Assembly: GCA_964447765.1 (NCBI GenBank)
Contig: CAYUTO010000003.1
Span: forward strand, 8,919 to 72,918
DNA from: an uncultured Gammaproteobacteria bacterium
GTDB taxonomy: Bacteria > Patescibacteriota > Patescibacteriia > Magasanikbacterales > UBA922
Length of the DNA stretch: 64,000 nt
Direction: 5' to 3'
The notes beneath the pieces were generated by a model, which searched no databases, was not told the origin of the DNA, and saw only the letters and a program-made list of their open reading frames with translations. Of this stretch, positions 11,363 through 22,056 are shown one piece after another (the first letter of the stretch is position 1; each line of letters opens with the position of its first letter). A program made the translations under genes and the position numbers.

Positions 11363-11701
11363 CTAAGACACTAATTTCTCTTCTTCTTTTTCTAACCTCT
11401 GTATTACCTCTTCAAAATCCTCCCTAATCCATCCTTTAAAATCTATTTTTCGTTTTTTCTGATCCCCCTCATTATTTGCAAAATTTTTTAATTCAACTTT
11501 TACCTCTCCATATAATTCTCGAAAACTCTGACCTTTTTGGACTGGAGCATTAGGATACTCTTTTCGAAACTCTTCATCCTCCTGTGCATTCTCCAAAAGC
11601 ATTACGTACATTTTCAATTTATCTTCTATTTCTTCTTCGGTTGGTCTAGGGTGCACTTCTACCCCCTCCATATTAAACCCTCTTTGTTCTACACCTGGCA
11701 T
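11363..11701 (-). CDS. Hypothetical acidic protein (112 aa)
   Basis: ORF 4 nt downstream of ruvC in the same orientation; Glu/Lys-rich; no motif recognised. Confidence 0.5.
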   Translation of the reverse strand: MPGVEQRGFNMEGVEVHPRPTEEEIEDKLKMYVMLLENAQEDEEFRKEYPNAPVQKGQSFRELYGEVKVELKNFANNEGDQKKRKIDFKGWIREDFEEVIQRLEKEEEKLVS

Positions 11702-11705
11702 ATCG

Positions 11706-12239
11706 TTATAAAGTTAGATTACTATTATTTCTAACATACTCCATCTTCCTCGACGCAGCACAGGTAAGTGCGATTGCAAGCGCATCTGCCGCATCGTCTG
11801 GAGTAATTTTTTTCTTAACCCCTAGAATTACTTTTACCATAGACTCAAGCTGGGTTTTGTCAGCTCTCCCATACCCCGTAATACTCTGCTTTACCTCGAG
11901 TGGCGTGTATTCATGAACTGCGAGATGGGCTTTGGTGAGTGTCAGAAGAATTACTCCTCGTGCTTGCCCTACCTTAATCGCAGTTGTCACATTTTTATAA
12001 AAAAACAATTCTTCCACTGCCGCACAATTGGGTTTATGGGTCCGTATGATTTTGATCAATTCATCTGAAATATCTACTAGTCGCTCAACGAATGTACGCT
12101 TGGTATCAGTCTCAATACACCCATATTCGACAAGTGTGTGACGATCTCCCAGACAATCAATAATCCCAAACCCAACACGACCAAAACCAGGGTCGATACC
12201 AAGAATTCGGATGGGTTTTTGTGGTTTGGAAGTTGGCAT
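11706..12239 (-). CDS. ruvC: Holliday junction resolvase RuvC
   Basis: 177 aa; IRILGIDPGFGRVGFGII N-terminus (RNase H-like fold with catalytic Asp). Confidence 0.9.
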   Translation of the reverse strand: MPTSKPQKPIRILGIDPGFGRVGFGIIDCLGDRHTLVEYGCIETDTKRTFVERLVDISDELIKIIRTHKPNCAAVEELFFYKNVTTAIKVGQARGVILLTLTKAHLAVHEYTPLEVKQSITGYGRADKTQLESMVKVILGVKKKITPDDAADALAIALTCAASRKMEYVRNNSNLTL

Positions 12240-12355
12240 ACAGACTCTTGACTTTATGATCTTTAAATGCTAGATTAATTTGTCCTGGTTTGAAAGGCTT
12301 AGCAGACCAGAGGCGCTACATCAAACAACGTCGTCGCATGATTTAAGAGGGGTTC

Positions 12356-12517
12356 ATGAAACAATACGCCAAGTACTTTTTTTGGTCGGGCTTGATTACG
12401 GGAGTGGGAGCGCTCTTTGCCCGCCAGTTCTTCAACGCCGACAAGTCCGATTGCATGTTCATTCTCGGATACGCCATATTCGTGGTGTGCTGGGGCATCT
12501 ATGCAAAACTGGAGTGA
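12356..12517 (+). CDS. Candidate small (53 aa) two-helix membrane peptide in a GC-rich island
   Basis: ATG at 12356 preceded by AAGAGGGG; MKQYAKYFFWSGLITGVGALFARQFFNADKSDCMFILGYAIFVVCWGIYAKLE; GC3-rich codons atypical for this genome; below the 60-aa track cutoff. Confidence 0.3.
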   Translation: MKQYAKYFFWSGLITGVGALFARQFFNADKSDCMFILGYAIFVVCWGIYAKLE

Positions 12518-12579
12518 GTATCTCCTACACTGACCGCGCACGGATGGGCTACAAGACCCTACATCTCGCGGTCCCATTC

Positions 12580-12611
12580 AAAAGCAGCTTATGATTAGGC
12601 TGTTTTTGTTT
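12580..12611. terminator. Hairpin plus T-run (AAAAGCAGC-ttatgattag-GCTGTTTTT) closing the GC-rich island; it is preceded by a second hairpin GACCGCG..CGCGGTC at 12532..12573
   Basis: Inverted repeats read directly from the sequence. Confidence 0.4.
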
Positions 12612-12640
12612 TATACAAAACAACTGCATTTCTGCAGTTG
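12611..12640 (-). terminator. Intrinsic terminator of yebC
   Basis: CAACTGCA-tttc-TGCAGTTG perfect 8-bp stem, followed on the minus strand by TTTTGTATAA. Confidence 0.6.
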
Positions 12641-12657
12641 TATACTATATCATATTG

Positions 12658-13389
12658 TTACTTTGCCGTCGTATAGACCTCTTTTACATCATCGAGATCA
12701 TAGAGTGCTTCGACTAGAATTCCTAATGTTTCTGACTGCTCAAACGAAAGCTCTGTGGTTTCCTTTGCCATCCATTCGAGCCCTGCACTATCAGGACTAA
12801 TCCCCACTTTATTAAGCACCTCATTCATTGCTTGAAATTTTTCTTTAGGACCAACAAGTTCTATACCATTTTCACTTTCCCGAATATCATCGACTCCTGC
12901 ATCCATGAGTGAAAGCTCAAGCTCTTCCCAATTTTTTATTTCAACCCGCTTTTCAGCACTAATACGAAGCACAGCTTTGTATTCAAACTGCCATGCAACC
13001 GCACCTTTGCTCCCGAGCGATCCACCACTTTTGGTAAACGCATTTTTAATCTCCGTAAGTGCGCGATTGGTATTATCGGTCACAGACTCAACGATTACCG
13101 CAATTCCACCTGGTCCATATCCTTCGTATACCACTTCTTGAAGCACTACCCCGTCTTTCAATTCCCCCGTTCCTTTCTTCACTGCACGGTCAATATTGTC
13201 TTTCGGCATATTTACTTCTTTTGCCTTATCAATTGCGAGTCGAAGTGAAAAATTCATAGCAGGATCTCCCCCGCCATTCTGTGCTGCGATGGTAATTGCC
13301 TTGGAAACTTTGGTAAATGCGTTTGCTCGAGCTTTATCTGCTTTTCCCTTCTTACCTTGTATATTGTGCCACTTGGAATGACCTGACAT
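12658..13389 (-). CDS. YebC/PmpR-family transcriptional regulator
   Basis: 243 aa; MSGHSKWHNIQGKKGKADKARANAFTK start typical of YebC. Confidence 0.9.
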   Translation of the reverse strand: MSGHSKWHNIQGKKGKADKARANAFTKVSKAITIAAQNGGGDPAMNFSLRLAIDKAKEVNMPKDNIDRAVKKGTGELKDGVVLQEVVYEGYGPGGIAVIVESVTDNTNRALTEIKNAFTKSGGSLGSKGAVAWQFEYKAVLRISAEKRVEIKNWEELELSLMDAGVDDIRESENGIELVGPKEKFQAMNEVLNKVGISPDSAGLEWMAKETTELSFEQSETLGILVEALYDLDDVKEVYTTAK

Positions 13390-13522
13390 ACGACTAATTT
13401 TATTCTTTAAGATACTTGGATTTTATCAGAAAGTAAGGAAAAATCAATCCTTTTATACACCTTTACAAAACAGGTTCAGTGAGCTAGGATAGTATCTATG
13501 AATATTCAAAATAATTAATTTT

Positions 13523-14062
13523 ATGGAAAGTCAAAATGCATGGCATTCAGTCTCAATTGGGGAAGGCCGCCCAGAAGTAGTACAAGCAATCATTGAAATT
13601 TCAAAGGGTAGTAAGGGAAAATTTGAACTCGACAAAGATTCAGGATTGATCAAGCTTGATCGTGTTCTTTTCTCAGCTGTCCACTATCCAACGAACTACG
13701 GATTTATCCCACAGACATACTGTGACGATAAAGATCCATTGGATATCCTCGTACTTTCAACCGTTGACCTCCCTCCACTCTGTCTTGTAGAAGCTCGCGT
13801 GGTAGGAGTCATGAGAATGATTGATGGTGGTGAGGGAGATGACAAAATCATTGCAGTAGCAAAAGGAGACCCGAACATGAAACATATCAATGAATTAGAA
13901 GACCTCCCACAACATACACTCGATGAGATCAGACAATTCTTCGAAGAATACAAGAAGCTTGAAAAGAAAACCGTAGAAGTAACCGGATTCGAAGGAAAGA
14001 AACGAGCACTTGAGGTGGTAGAAGAAAGTATCGCGCTCTACCAGGAAACATTCAAAAAATAA
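13523..14062 (+). CDS. ppa: Inorganic pyrophosphatase (family I)
   Basis: 179 aa; [25 protein letters not shown] matches the family I PPase signature region. Confidence 0.9.
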   Translation: MESQNAWHSVSIGEGRPEVVQAIIEISKGSKGKFELDKDSGLIKLDRVLFSAVHYPTNYGFIPQTYCDDKDPLDILVLSTVDLPPLCLVEARVVGVMRMIDGGEGDDKIIAVAKGDPNMKHINELEDLPQHTLDEIRQFFEEYKKLEKKTVEVTGFEGKKRALEVVEESIALYQETFKK

Positions 14063-14068
14063 GTAATA

Positions 14069-14105
14069 CAAAAAAACATCCCGATTGAGTCGGGATGTTT
14101 TTTAT
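14069..14105. terminator. Bidirectional intrinsic terminator between ppa and rpoC
   Basis: AAAAAACATCCCGA-ttgag-TCGGGATGTTTTTT perfect 10-bp stem. Confidence 0.75.
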
Positions 14106-14123
14106 TTGTTCTACTTACACTCT

Positions 14124-17100
14124 CTATTGAGCCGCAAGTTCTTCTTTCATTACTTCGATTGCACGCTCTTTGGTACCTGTTCCCGCAGGAATCAAGCGAC
14201 CGATAATAACGTTTTCTTTCAATCCTTCCAGATGATCCATCTTTCCGGTAATTGCTGCGTTTACCAATACACGAGATGTTTCTTGGAACGACGCACTTGA
14301 AAGGAAACTCTGGGTGGTAAGAGAGATCTTACTGATACCCATAAGCATATCCCGTCCTCGGGCAATTTTTTGTTTATGCTTTTCAGCCTCTTCATTTGCA
14401 AGCATGAGTTGTGAACGTTCAACGATTTCTCCAGGAATAAGATCAGTATCTCCCGTATCTTCGATAAATACACGAGAGAACATTTGCTTCACGATAATTT
14501 CAATATGTTTGTCGTTCAAGCGCTGACCTTGTGACGCATAGATTTCCTGAATTTCTTTCAAGATATAACGCTTCACCGCATCCTGACCTTTGAGATCAAA
14601 CAGTTCTTTCAAATCAAGTGATCCTTCAGTCAATTGGTCACCTTTTTGAGCCATGTCTCCAGCTTTGACCCAGAGTTTGTATCCCAGTGGGACAATATAT
14701 TCCTTGGTCGTCTTACCATCGTAAATATAATGAAGTTTCATGCCATCAACGGTAACTTTTCCATCATACTCAGCTTTGATTTCTTCGCCAGATGCTCCAC
14801 GAATGATGAGGGTATCACCTGCTTGGATTTTTTGTCCTTCAGCAACTTTTACATCATCTTCACCATGGATATCGTAGACAATCTCGTCAATTCCATCATG
14901 ATGGATTTTCACAATCTTTTGTCCACGGCGACCTTCAAAAATCTTTCGTCCAGTCGGACCCATGACTACTTTTCCATCAGCATCTTCAATTTCCACGGTT
15001 CCTGCAACTTCTGAGAGAATTGCTTTTCTCTTTGGCATACGTGCTTCAAACAATTCTTCTACTCGAGGTAGACCCTGTGTGATATCTCCTCCAGCAACTC
15101 CTCCAAGATGGAAGGTACGCATGGTCAGCTGGGTTCCTGGTTCTCCGATAGATTGAGCAGCGATAACTCCAACAGCAGTTCCTTTCTGAACTACGGTTCT
15201 ACTACCCAAATCATATCCATAACATTTTGAGCAGATTCCTTTTGCAAGACGACATTGTAATACTGATCGTACATGCACCACCTCAATTCCATGTTTTTCA
15301 ATTTCTCTGGCAGCATGTTCGGTTACCACTTCACCTTTTTCGACCAGCACTTCTTTACCTACTTTCACCGCTTCGAGTACAAATCGTCCAAGTACGCGCT
15401 CTGAAACTGTTTCTCCCATTTGTTCTGAGTCAGCTTTATTGAACACTTCTCCTACCGTATCTCCACAATCTTCTGAGCGGACTACGACATCTTGTGCAAC
15501 ATCAACCAAACGACGGGTTAGATATCCTGCGTTTGCAGTTCGGAGAGCAGTATCAGAAAGTCCTTTTCGCACACCGTGACTTGAGATAAAGAATTCAAGT
15601 ACATCGAATCCTTCTTTGAAGTTTCCTTTTACTGGGAGCTCGATAATGTCTCCACTTGGACTTGCCACGAGACCTTTCATCGCAATAACCTGCCCCAGCT
15701 GAGCCCATGAACCACGAGCACCTGAGTCAATCATCGCAAATACTGATCGGTCTTTGTTCAATACACCTTTTAAATGTGCAAGTAATGCTTCTTTTGCTTC
15801 AGTCCAGATTTCAAGAATTTTTGCATGACGTTCTGAATCAGTAAGCAAACCTTCATTAAATTGTTCATACACTAATTCCACTTTCTTATCAGCTTCTGCC
15901 AACAGTGCGCGTTTGTTATCAAGTAATGGGAAGTCATCTTTTCCAAGTGAGTATCCTGATTTGGTAACGTATTTGAATCCAAGCTCTTTGATCTTATCCA
16001 AATGATGCGCGGTAGTTTCCTGTCCGTACAATTCAAGCAAGAGCTGAATAATGTTACTCAAATGTTTTTTGGTAATGGTTTCGTTGTAGTATGGAAGTTT
16101 TTCAGGCAAAATTTCATTAAAGAAAATTCGTCCCATTGAAGTTTCCATGAAGCTCTTGGTACCTGCAGGGAATTTTGCCATTTCAGCTTCACCCAATCGC
16201 ACATTGATACGTTCTTTCAAGGTAATCAAGCGAATCTTATACGCATATTTTGCTTCAGTAACATTAGCAAAGTTTCTCTTTACTGGAGCAGTATCAGTTT
16301 CATCGTATTTGGTCAGATAATAACATCCAAGCGCAATATCCTGCTGTGGAGTAATTACCGGGCTTCCGGTAGCTGGCTTCAACAAGTTCTTTTCACTTGC
16401 CATCAAATTCTCAGCTTCCCATTTTGCCTGTTCAGACAATGGCAAATGAACCGCCATCTGATCTCCATCAAAGTCTGCATTGAACGCGGGACATACCAAT
16501 GGATGAAGTTTGATTGCTTTACCTTCTACCAGACGAGGTTTGAATGCCTGAATACCGAGACGGTGCAGTGTTGGTGCGCGGTTCAAAAGTACACGAGTTT
16601 TTTTGGTCAATTCTTCAAGAATATCCCACACTTCTGGTGCATTACTTTCGATAAAGCGAGAAGCACTTCGTACATTGTGTGCAAGTTCACGCTTGATAAT
16701 TTCAGACATGATAAACGGCTTGAACAGTTCAAGGGCGATAATTTTTGGCAAACCACACTCATCAATTTTGAGGGTTGGTCCAACCACAATTACTGAACGA
16801 CCTGAATAGTCGACACGTTTTCCAAGCAAGTTCTGACGGAAACGACCTTGTTTTCCTTTCAAAATATCAGCAAGAGATCGGAGTTGGCGTTTCTGTCCAG
16901 TTGAAGCACGAACAGTCTTTGAAGCTCTTGCACTGTTATCGATCAAAGCATCAACTGCTTCTTGTAACATGCGTTTTTCGTTTCTGCAGATTACTTCAGG
17001 TGCATTAAGCTCAACCAAACGTCTCAAACGATTGTTGCGGTTGATTACACGGCGATATAAATCATTTAAATCAGAAGTTGCAAATCGTCCTCCGTCAAGT

Positions 17101-18026
17101 GCTACCATTGGGCGCAAATCTGGTGGAATAACGGGGATTGCGGTCATGATCATCCATTCTGGTCGGATATCATTTTTATTTAGACTCTTCAACAATTTTA
17201 CCCGTCGAATCAGTCTTTCACGTTTTGCACCTTTACTCTTGATAATCTCTCCTTCAAGACGAACAATTGTTTCAGGAAGATCCAATCTTTCAAGAAGCCC
17301 ACGAACTGCTCCAGCTCCGATGCTTGCTTCAAACAAGTGACCGTAGCGGATTGAGAGTTCCTGGTAATATGCTTCTGAAATAATATTCATGACTGAGATA
17401 TCTTTCAACTCAGACTCAGCTGATTTGAAATCTTCTTCCAGAGATTCGAGTTTTCGATCGCGTTCTTCCTCGATTTCTTTCTTTTCTTTTTTCTCTTTAC
17501 CTTCGAGCAACTTTTCAGCTTCGACTTCAATCTGTTTTTTCTTTGATTTGTATTCTTTTTTCAAAGCTTCTACCGTAAGTGCTTTTTCCTCTTCTTCTAC
17601 CTGAGTAATAATAAATGACGCAAAGTAGATTACTTTTTCAAGTGATTGGATTGAGAGGTCAAGAACGAGACCAATACGTGATGGAATTGTTCGGAGGAAC
17701 CAGATATGAGAAACAGGTGCCGCAAGCTCGATATGTCCCATGCGTTCGCGGCGTACTAATGAATGCGTAACTTCTACGCCACATTTGTCACACACGATTC
17801 CTTTATATCTGATTTTTTTGTATTTTCCACAATAACATTCCCAATCTTTGGTAGGTCCAAAAATTTCTTCTGCAAAAAGCCCACCTTTTTCTGGCTTTTG
17901 TGTACGGTAATTGATTGTTTCTGGTTTATAGACTTCTCCGAATGACCATTTGCGGATTACTTCGGGTGAAGCGACCTTCAGACGCAAAGCGTCAAAGTTC
18001 ATTGTATGTAGTATATCGCGTGACAT
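14124..18026 (-). CDS. rpoC: DNA-directed RNA polymerase subunit beta'
   Basis: 1300 aa; N-terminal zinc-finger Cys motifs (CYCGKYKKIRYKGIVCDKCGVEV), NADFDGDQMAVH catalytic motif. Confidence 0.97.
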   Translation of the reverse strand: MSRDILHTMNFDALRLKVASPEVIRKWSFGEVYKPETINYRTQKPEKGGLFAEEIFGPTKDWECYCGKYKKIRYKGIVCDKCGVEVTHSLVRRERMGHIELAAPVSHIWFLRTIPSRIGLVLDLSIQSLEKVIYFASFIITQVEEEEKALTVEALKKEYKSKKKQIEVEAEKLLEGKEKKEKKEIEEERDRKLESLEEDFKSAESELKDISVMNIISEAYYQELSIRYGHLFEASIGAGAVRGLLERLDLPETIVRLEGEIIKSKGAKRERLIRRVKLLKSLNKNDIRPEWMIMTAIPVIPPDLRPMVALDGGRFATSDLNDLYRRVINRNNRLRRLVELNAPEVICRNEKRMLQEAVDALIDNSARASKTVRASTGQKRQLRSLADILKGKQGRFRQNLLGKRVDYSGRSVIVVGPTLKIDECGLPKIIALELFKPFIMSEIIKRELAHNVRSASRFIESNAPEVWDILEELTKKTRVLLNRAPTLHRLGIQAFKPRLVEGKAIKLHPLVCPAFNADFDGDQMAVHLPLSEQAKWEAENLMASEKNLLKPATGSPVITPQQDIALGCYYLTKYDETDTAPVKRNFANVTEAKYAYKIRLITLKERINVRLGEAEMAKFPAGTKSFMETSMGRIFFNEILPEKLPYYNETITKKHLSNIIQLLLELYGQETTAHHLDKIKELGFKYVTKSGYSLGKDDFPLLDNKRALLAEADKKVELVYEQFNEGLLTDSERHAKILEIWTEAKEALLAHLKGVLNKDRSVFAMIDSGARGSWAQLGQVIAMKGLVASPSGDIIELPVKGNFKEGFDVLEFFISSHGVRKGLSDTALRTANAGYLTRRLVDVAQDVVVRSEDCGDTVGEVFNKADSEQMGETVSERVLGRFVLEAVKVGKEVLVEKGEVVTEHAAREIEKHGIEVVHVRSVLQCRLAKGICSKCYGYDLGSRTVVQKGTAVGVIAAQSIGEPGTQLTMRTFHLGGVAGGDITQGLPRVEELFEARMPKRKAILSEVAGTVEIEDADGKVVMGPTGRKIFEGRRGQKIVKIHHDGIDEIVYDIHGEDDVKVAEGQKIQAGDTLIIRGASGEEIKAEYDGKVTVDGMKLHYIYDGKTTKEYIVPLGYKLWVKAGDMAQKGDQLTEGSLDLKELFDLKGQDAVKRYILKEIQEIYASQGQRLNDKHIEIIVKQMFSRVFIEDTGDTDLIPGEIVERSQLMLANEEAEKHKQKIARGRDMLMGISKISLTTQSFLSSASFQETSRVLVNAAITGKMDHLEGLKENVIIGRLIPAGTGTKERAIEVMKEELAAQ

Positions 18027-18071
18027 ATAGAAGTGTATGGGTTTAAGAGTTTAGGATTTAGACGTAGGTTA

Positions 18072-21000
18072 TTATTCAGTAGCTTTTCCTCGTTTTGTTT
18101 CTTCTTGCTCTTGTCCTGCTCCATACTCTCTCGCTCTCATATCGCGATGTTCTCTCACTACTTCTTCTGCGGGCGAATAACTTCCATCTTCTTCCTTCTT
18201 CAAAAGCTCCACATCAAGGGCAAGCCCTTTCATTTCACGTACCAATACATTGAATGATTCTGGAAGATTGATTTTGGTAATTGCCTCACCTTTGATAATT
18301 GCTTCATATGCTTTCGCACGTCCTGGGACATCATCTGATTTGATGGTCAAAATTTCCTGGAGTGTATGTGCTGCGCCATATGCTTCCAAGGCCCATACTT
18401 CCATTTCTCCAAAACGCTGTCCTCCGAATTGAGCTTTACCTCCAAGCGGCTGCTGGGTGATAAGACTGTACGGACCGATTGAACGCTGGTGAATTTTATC
18501 TTCGACCATGTGATTAAGCTTCAACATGTAGTTGTAACCAACGGTAGTTTTGTGTTCATATGGTTCACCATTACGTCCATCATAGAGCTGTAATTTTCCG
18601 TCCACTGGGAATCCAGCTTTCACGAGCTCTTCTTCGATTTGAACTTCAGTAATACCATTTAATACCGGAGTAGCTGCTTTGTATCCAAGTGCATTTGCTG
18701 CAAGACCCAAATGTGTTTCAAGCAATTGTCCCAAGTTCATACGTGAAATAACACCCAATGGAGAGAGGATAATGTCTACGGGAGTTCCGTCTTCCAAAAA
18801 TGGCATGTCTTCAGCTGGGACCACACGTGAAATAACACCTTTGTTTCCGTGTCTTCCTGCCATCTTGTCTCCGACCTGGATTTTTCGCATGTCAGCGACT
18901 GTCACCTGTACTTGTTTGATAACACCTGGCTGTAATTTGTCTCCAGCTTCTGCTGAGAAGATTTTTACATCAATTACTTTTCCTTGTTCACCATGTTCGA
19001 GATAGAGTGATGAATCTCGTACGTCACGAGCTTTTTCTCCAAAAATTGCACGAAGCAATCTCTCTTCAGGGGTTAATTCAGTTTCTCCTTTTGGTGTAAT
19101 TTTTCCGACCAAAATGTCTCCCGAATGAACTTCGGCTCCAATTCGGACAATACCTTCTGAATCAAGATTTCGGAGTTTTTCTTCACTTACATTTGGAATA
19201 TCATTCGTGATTACTTCTTCACCGAGTTTGGTTTCACGAACATCAATGGTGTAGTCTTCAATATGAATCGACGTGTATCGATCATCTTTTACCAAACGAT
19301 CAGAAATAATAACCGCATCTTCGTAGTTGAATCCATCCCATACCATGTAGGCTACAAGCACGTTTTGTCCAAGACCCAATTCTCCATCTTTGATACTTGG
19401 TCCATCAGACATTGGATGACCCTTCTTCACTTTTTGTCCCAATGTTACGGTTGGTTTTTGATTAATACAACTTGAGGCGTTTGAGCGTAAAAATTTACCC
19501 AAATCCCATCGGTATACTTTTCCTTTTTTATCAGTTAATTCAATTCTTCCTCCATCTACATAGGTAATTTCTCCCTCTGCTGGAGCTTTGATCACATATC
19601 CACTATTTTCTGCAGCAGCTTTTTCAACTCCAGTTCCAACCAATGGAGGTTCTGGTTTGATACAAGGTACTGCTTGGCGCTGCATGTTTGTTCCCATCAA
19701 CGCACGAGTAGCATCATCATGTTCAAGGAACGGAATGATACTGGTTGCAAGTGATAAGATCTGATTTGATGCAACATCAATATACTGAATAGTACTTACT
19801 TCAGTTACTTGTGCTTCACCATGTACACGAGCTGGAGTTTTTTCATCAAGGAGATATCCTCGATCGTCCATTCGAGTAGTTGCACTTGCGGTTACTGAGC
19901 GTTCTTCTTGGAACGAGTTCAAATATACAATTTCATCAGTGACACGTGGCTTAATTTTGATTGTTTTATACTCTTTACTTCCTTCCAATTTCTTTGCAAT
20001 TGCAGCAGTAATTTCTTCACCTGCTTTTATGATTCCTCCAATTGCTTCTAATACAAATTCACCTTCCGTGAATTTCGCATTGTTTTCTACTTCATGCAAT
20101 ACTTTTCGGTATGGAGTTTCAAGAAATCCAAATGGATTCACTTTGGCATAGGTTGATAAATGTCCTACCAAACCAATGTTTGGTCCTTCAGGAGTTGCAA
20201 TCGGACAAATACGTCCATAGTGCGTACGGTGTACGTCACGAACTTCGAATCCTGCTCGGTCACGAGAAAGTCCACCAGGACCAAGAGCGGACACGCGGCG
20301 TTTGTGTTCAAGTTCTGCTAATGGGTTTACCTGGTCCATGAACTGTGACAACTGTGAACTCATGAAGAATTCACGGATAACTGAAATTACTGGTCGTGCA
20401 TTGATCAGTTTGTTTGGAGCGATCGTTTCGACTTCCATAGTACTCATACGGTCTTTTGCAATACGTTCCATACGAGCAAGACCGATGCGGAATCGATTCT
20501 GCACCAGTTCACCTACTCCACGCACACGACGATTTCCCAAGTGATCGATATCATCAGCTTCTTCCTGTGTTACATTAAGACGAATAACTTCTTTTAATAC
20601 ACGAAGTAATTTTTCAGGTGAAAGCACACGCTCTTCTTTGGAGTCATACGCACTTTCTTTAAGACCCAAATCAAATTTAGTATCAAATTTGTATACACCT
20701 ACTTTACCGAGGTCATAGCGATCAAAATTGAAGAACATCGCATGAATCAGACTTCGAGCGTTCTCAGCAGTTGCCAAATCTCCTGGGCGAATACGGCGGT
20801 ATACTTCAATCAATCCATCTTCTTCGCTTTTTGCCGTATCTTTTTTCAAAGTAGCATCAACGTAATCAATGTTTGGATGTGTATTGACGTCAGCGAATAA
20901 TTCTTTGATTTTCTCATCATCTGAATATCCAAATGCACGGAGGAGTGACGTTGCTGCAACTTTTCGTTTGCGATCAACTTTGATCCACAATACATTGTTC

Positions 21001-21530
21001 TGATCAGTTTCAATTTCTATCCATGCTCCACGGTTTGGAATAATTTTTGCCCCGTAAAATCGTCTACCACGAACCACTTCTGCAGTAAAAAATGCCCCCG
21101 CACTACGAATAAGCTGTGACACGATCACACGCTCAATTCCATTGACCATGAATGTTCCCCGTGCAGTCATGAGTGGAACGTCCCCCAAATAAATTTCTTG
21201 TTTGTCTGATTTACCCGTGCGCTTATTGTGCATTCGCACATTAATACGAAGCGGTGCTTCGTAGGTGATATTCTTGTTTCGGCAAGTCACCTCATCAAAT
21301 TTTGGTTCATCAAGATAATATTCTTCAAAATAAAGCTCGAGATCACGTCCCGTAAAATCAGTAATTGGAGAAAGCTCGTCAAATAATTCTCGGAGTCCTT
21401 CCTTGAAAAACCAGTCATACGAATTTTTCTGTACTTCGATCAAATCAGGAGCAGTGATCGCATCTCGCAATTTGGTAAAAAATTTCCGCTCATTTGTTTT
21501 TAGCGGCTGTCTTCGAAAGAGTGGTACCAT
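18072..21530 (-). CDS. rpoB: DNA-directed RNA polymerase subunit beta
   Basis: 1152 aa; conserved beta-subunit blocks (e.g. GEMEVWALEAYGAA, PFMTARGTF-like region here PLMTARGTF). Confidence 0.97.
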   Translation of the reverse strand: MVPLFRRQPLKTNERKFFTKLRDAITAPDLIEVQKNSYDWFFKEGLRELFDELSPITDFTGRDLELYFEEYYLDEPKFDEVTCRNKNITYEAPLRINVRMHNKRTGKSDKQEIYLGDVPLMTARGTFMVNGIERVIVSQLIRSAGAFFTAEVVRGRRFYGAKIIPNRGAWIEIETDQNNVLWIKVDRKRKVAATSLLRAFGYSDDEKIKELFADVNTHPNIDYVDATLKKDTAKSEEDGLIEVYRRIRPGDLATAENARSLIHAMFFNFDRYDLGKVGVYKFDTKFDLGLKESAYDSKEERVLSPEKLLRVLKEVIRLNVTQEEADDIDHLGNRRVRGVGELVQNRFRIGLARMERIAKDRMSTMEVETIAPNKLINARPVISVIREFFMSSQLSQFMDQVNPLAELEHKRRVSALGPGGLSRDRAGFEVRDVHRTHYGRICPIATPEGPNIGLVGHLSTYAKVNPFGFLETPYRKVLHEVENNAKFTEGEFVLEAIGGIIKAGEEITAAIAKKLEGSKEYKTIKIKPRVTDEIVYLNSFQEERSVTASATTRMDDRGYLLDEKTPARVHGEAQVTEVSTIQYIDVASNQILSLATSIIPFLEHDDATRALMGTNMQRQAVPCIKPEPPLVGTGVEKAAAENSGYVIKAPAEGEITYVDGGRIELTDKKGKVYRWDLGKFLRSNASSCINQKPTVTLGQKVKKGHPMSDGPSIKDGELGLGQNVLVAYMVWDGFNYEDAVIISDRLVKDDRYTSIHIEDYTIDVRETKLGEEVITNDIPNVSEEKLRNLDSEGIVRIGAEVHSGDILVGKITPKGETELTPEERLLRAIFGEKARDVRDSSLYLEHGEQGKVIDVKIFSAEAGDKLQPGVIKQVQVTVADMRKIQVGDKMAGRHGNKGVISRVVPAEDMPFLEDGTPVDIILSPLGVISRMNLGQLLETHLGLAANALGYKAATPVLNGITEVQIEEELVKAGFPVDGKLQLYDGRNGEPYEHKTTVGYNYMLKLNHMVEDKIHQRSIGPYSLITQQPLGGKAQFGGQRFGEMEVWALEAYGAAHTLQEILTIKSDDVPGRAKAYEAIIKGEAITKINLPESFNVLVREMKGLALDVELLKKEEDGSYSPAEEVVREHRDMRAREYGAGQEQEETKRGKATE

Positions 21531-22056
21531 ACGTTGTAAGCATGTTAGACGTCCGATCTAGGGGGTTCTGACCGGTCGGGGCTGGTAAGTAAGACAACAA
21601 AAAAATTCCTTTTCACAAAGGATCTTTACTTGCTTTTAATTGTAAAAATGGAATCGAGGCATGGGATAGATCCGGATAATTCCCTCTGCAGCTTGGTGCC
21701 GCAGAGCGAGAAGACCAGAAAATAGTCTCTTTTTTCCTGTAAACGTAATGTCGTTAGGATACCCGAAAAGAATCAAAGTGTCAAATGAGAACACTTGTGT
21801 AAATTATTGTCAAGAAATCGCATATTTTGGCTAAAAAAAGAGCAATATGAGTCCTATTTATCCCCCATATGACCACCTTTGTCCCCAAAGTTATCCACAA
21901 ATCTCTTAATTTAGCCAAATTATGCACAGATCTTCTGCCATCCACCTACGTAAACTCTGTATAGACTGCAAAATATGATACAATACTATCTTAGATTGTA
22001 CCTGCACATAGAGTTTTTACGTTACTTATTACCCGATTACCCTAACCAACTTCTTT

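Noticed and set aside
12280-12594. 104-aa (+) and 92-aa (-) track ORFs across the ruvC-yebC GC-rich spacer; also a possible RNase P, tmRNA or SRP RNA
   Set aside because: Both long frames are Arg/Ser/His-rich shadow ORFs. For RNAs, I found none of the RNase P P4 motifs, no tmRNA T-arm/CCA end and no SRP domain-IV motif. The 53-aa SD-preceded ORF, or an unclassified RNA, are the alternatives kept.
14634-17604. Multiple 60-126-aa ORFs antisense to rpoC (and similar ones inside rpoB, valS, ftsK, gyrA)
   Set aside because: Embedded antisense frames within strongly supported essential genes; compositionally biased with no start context.
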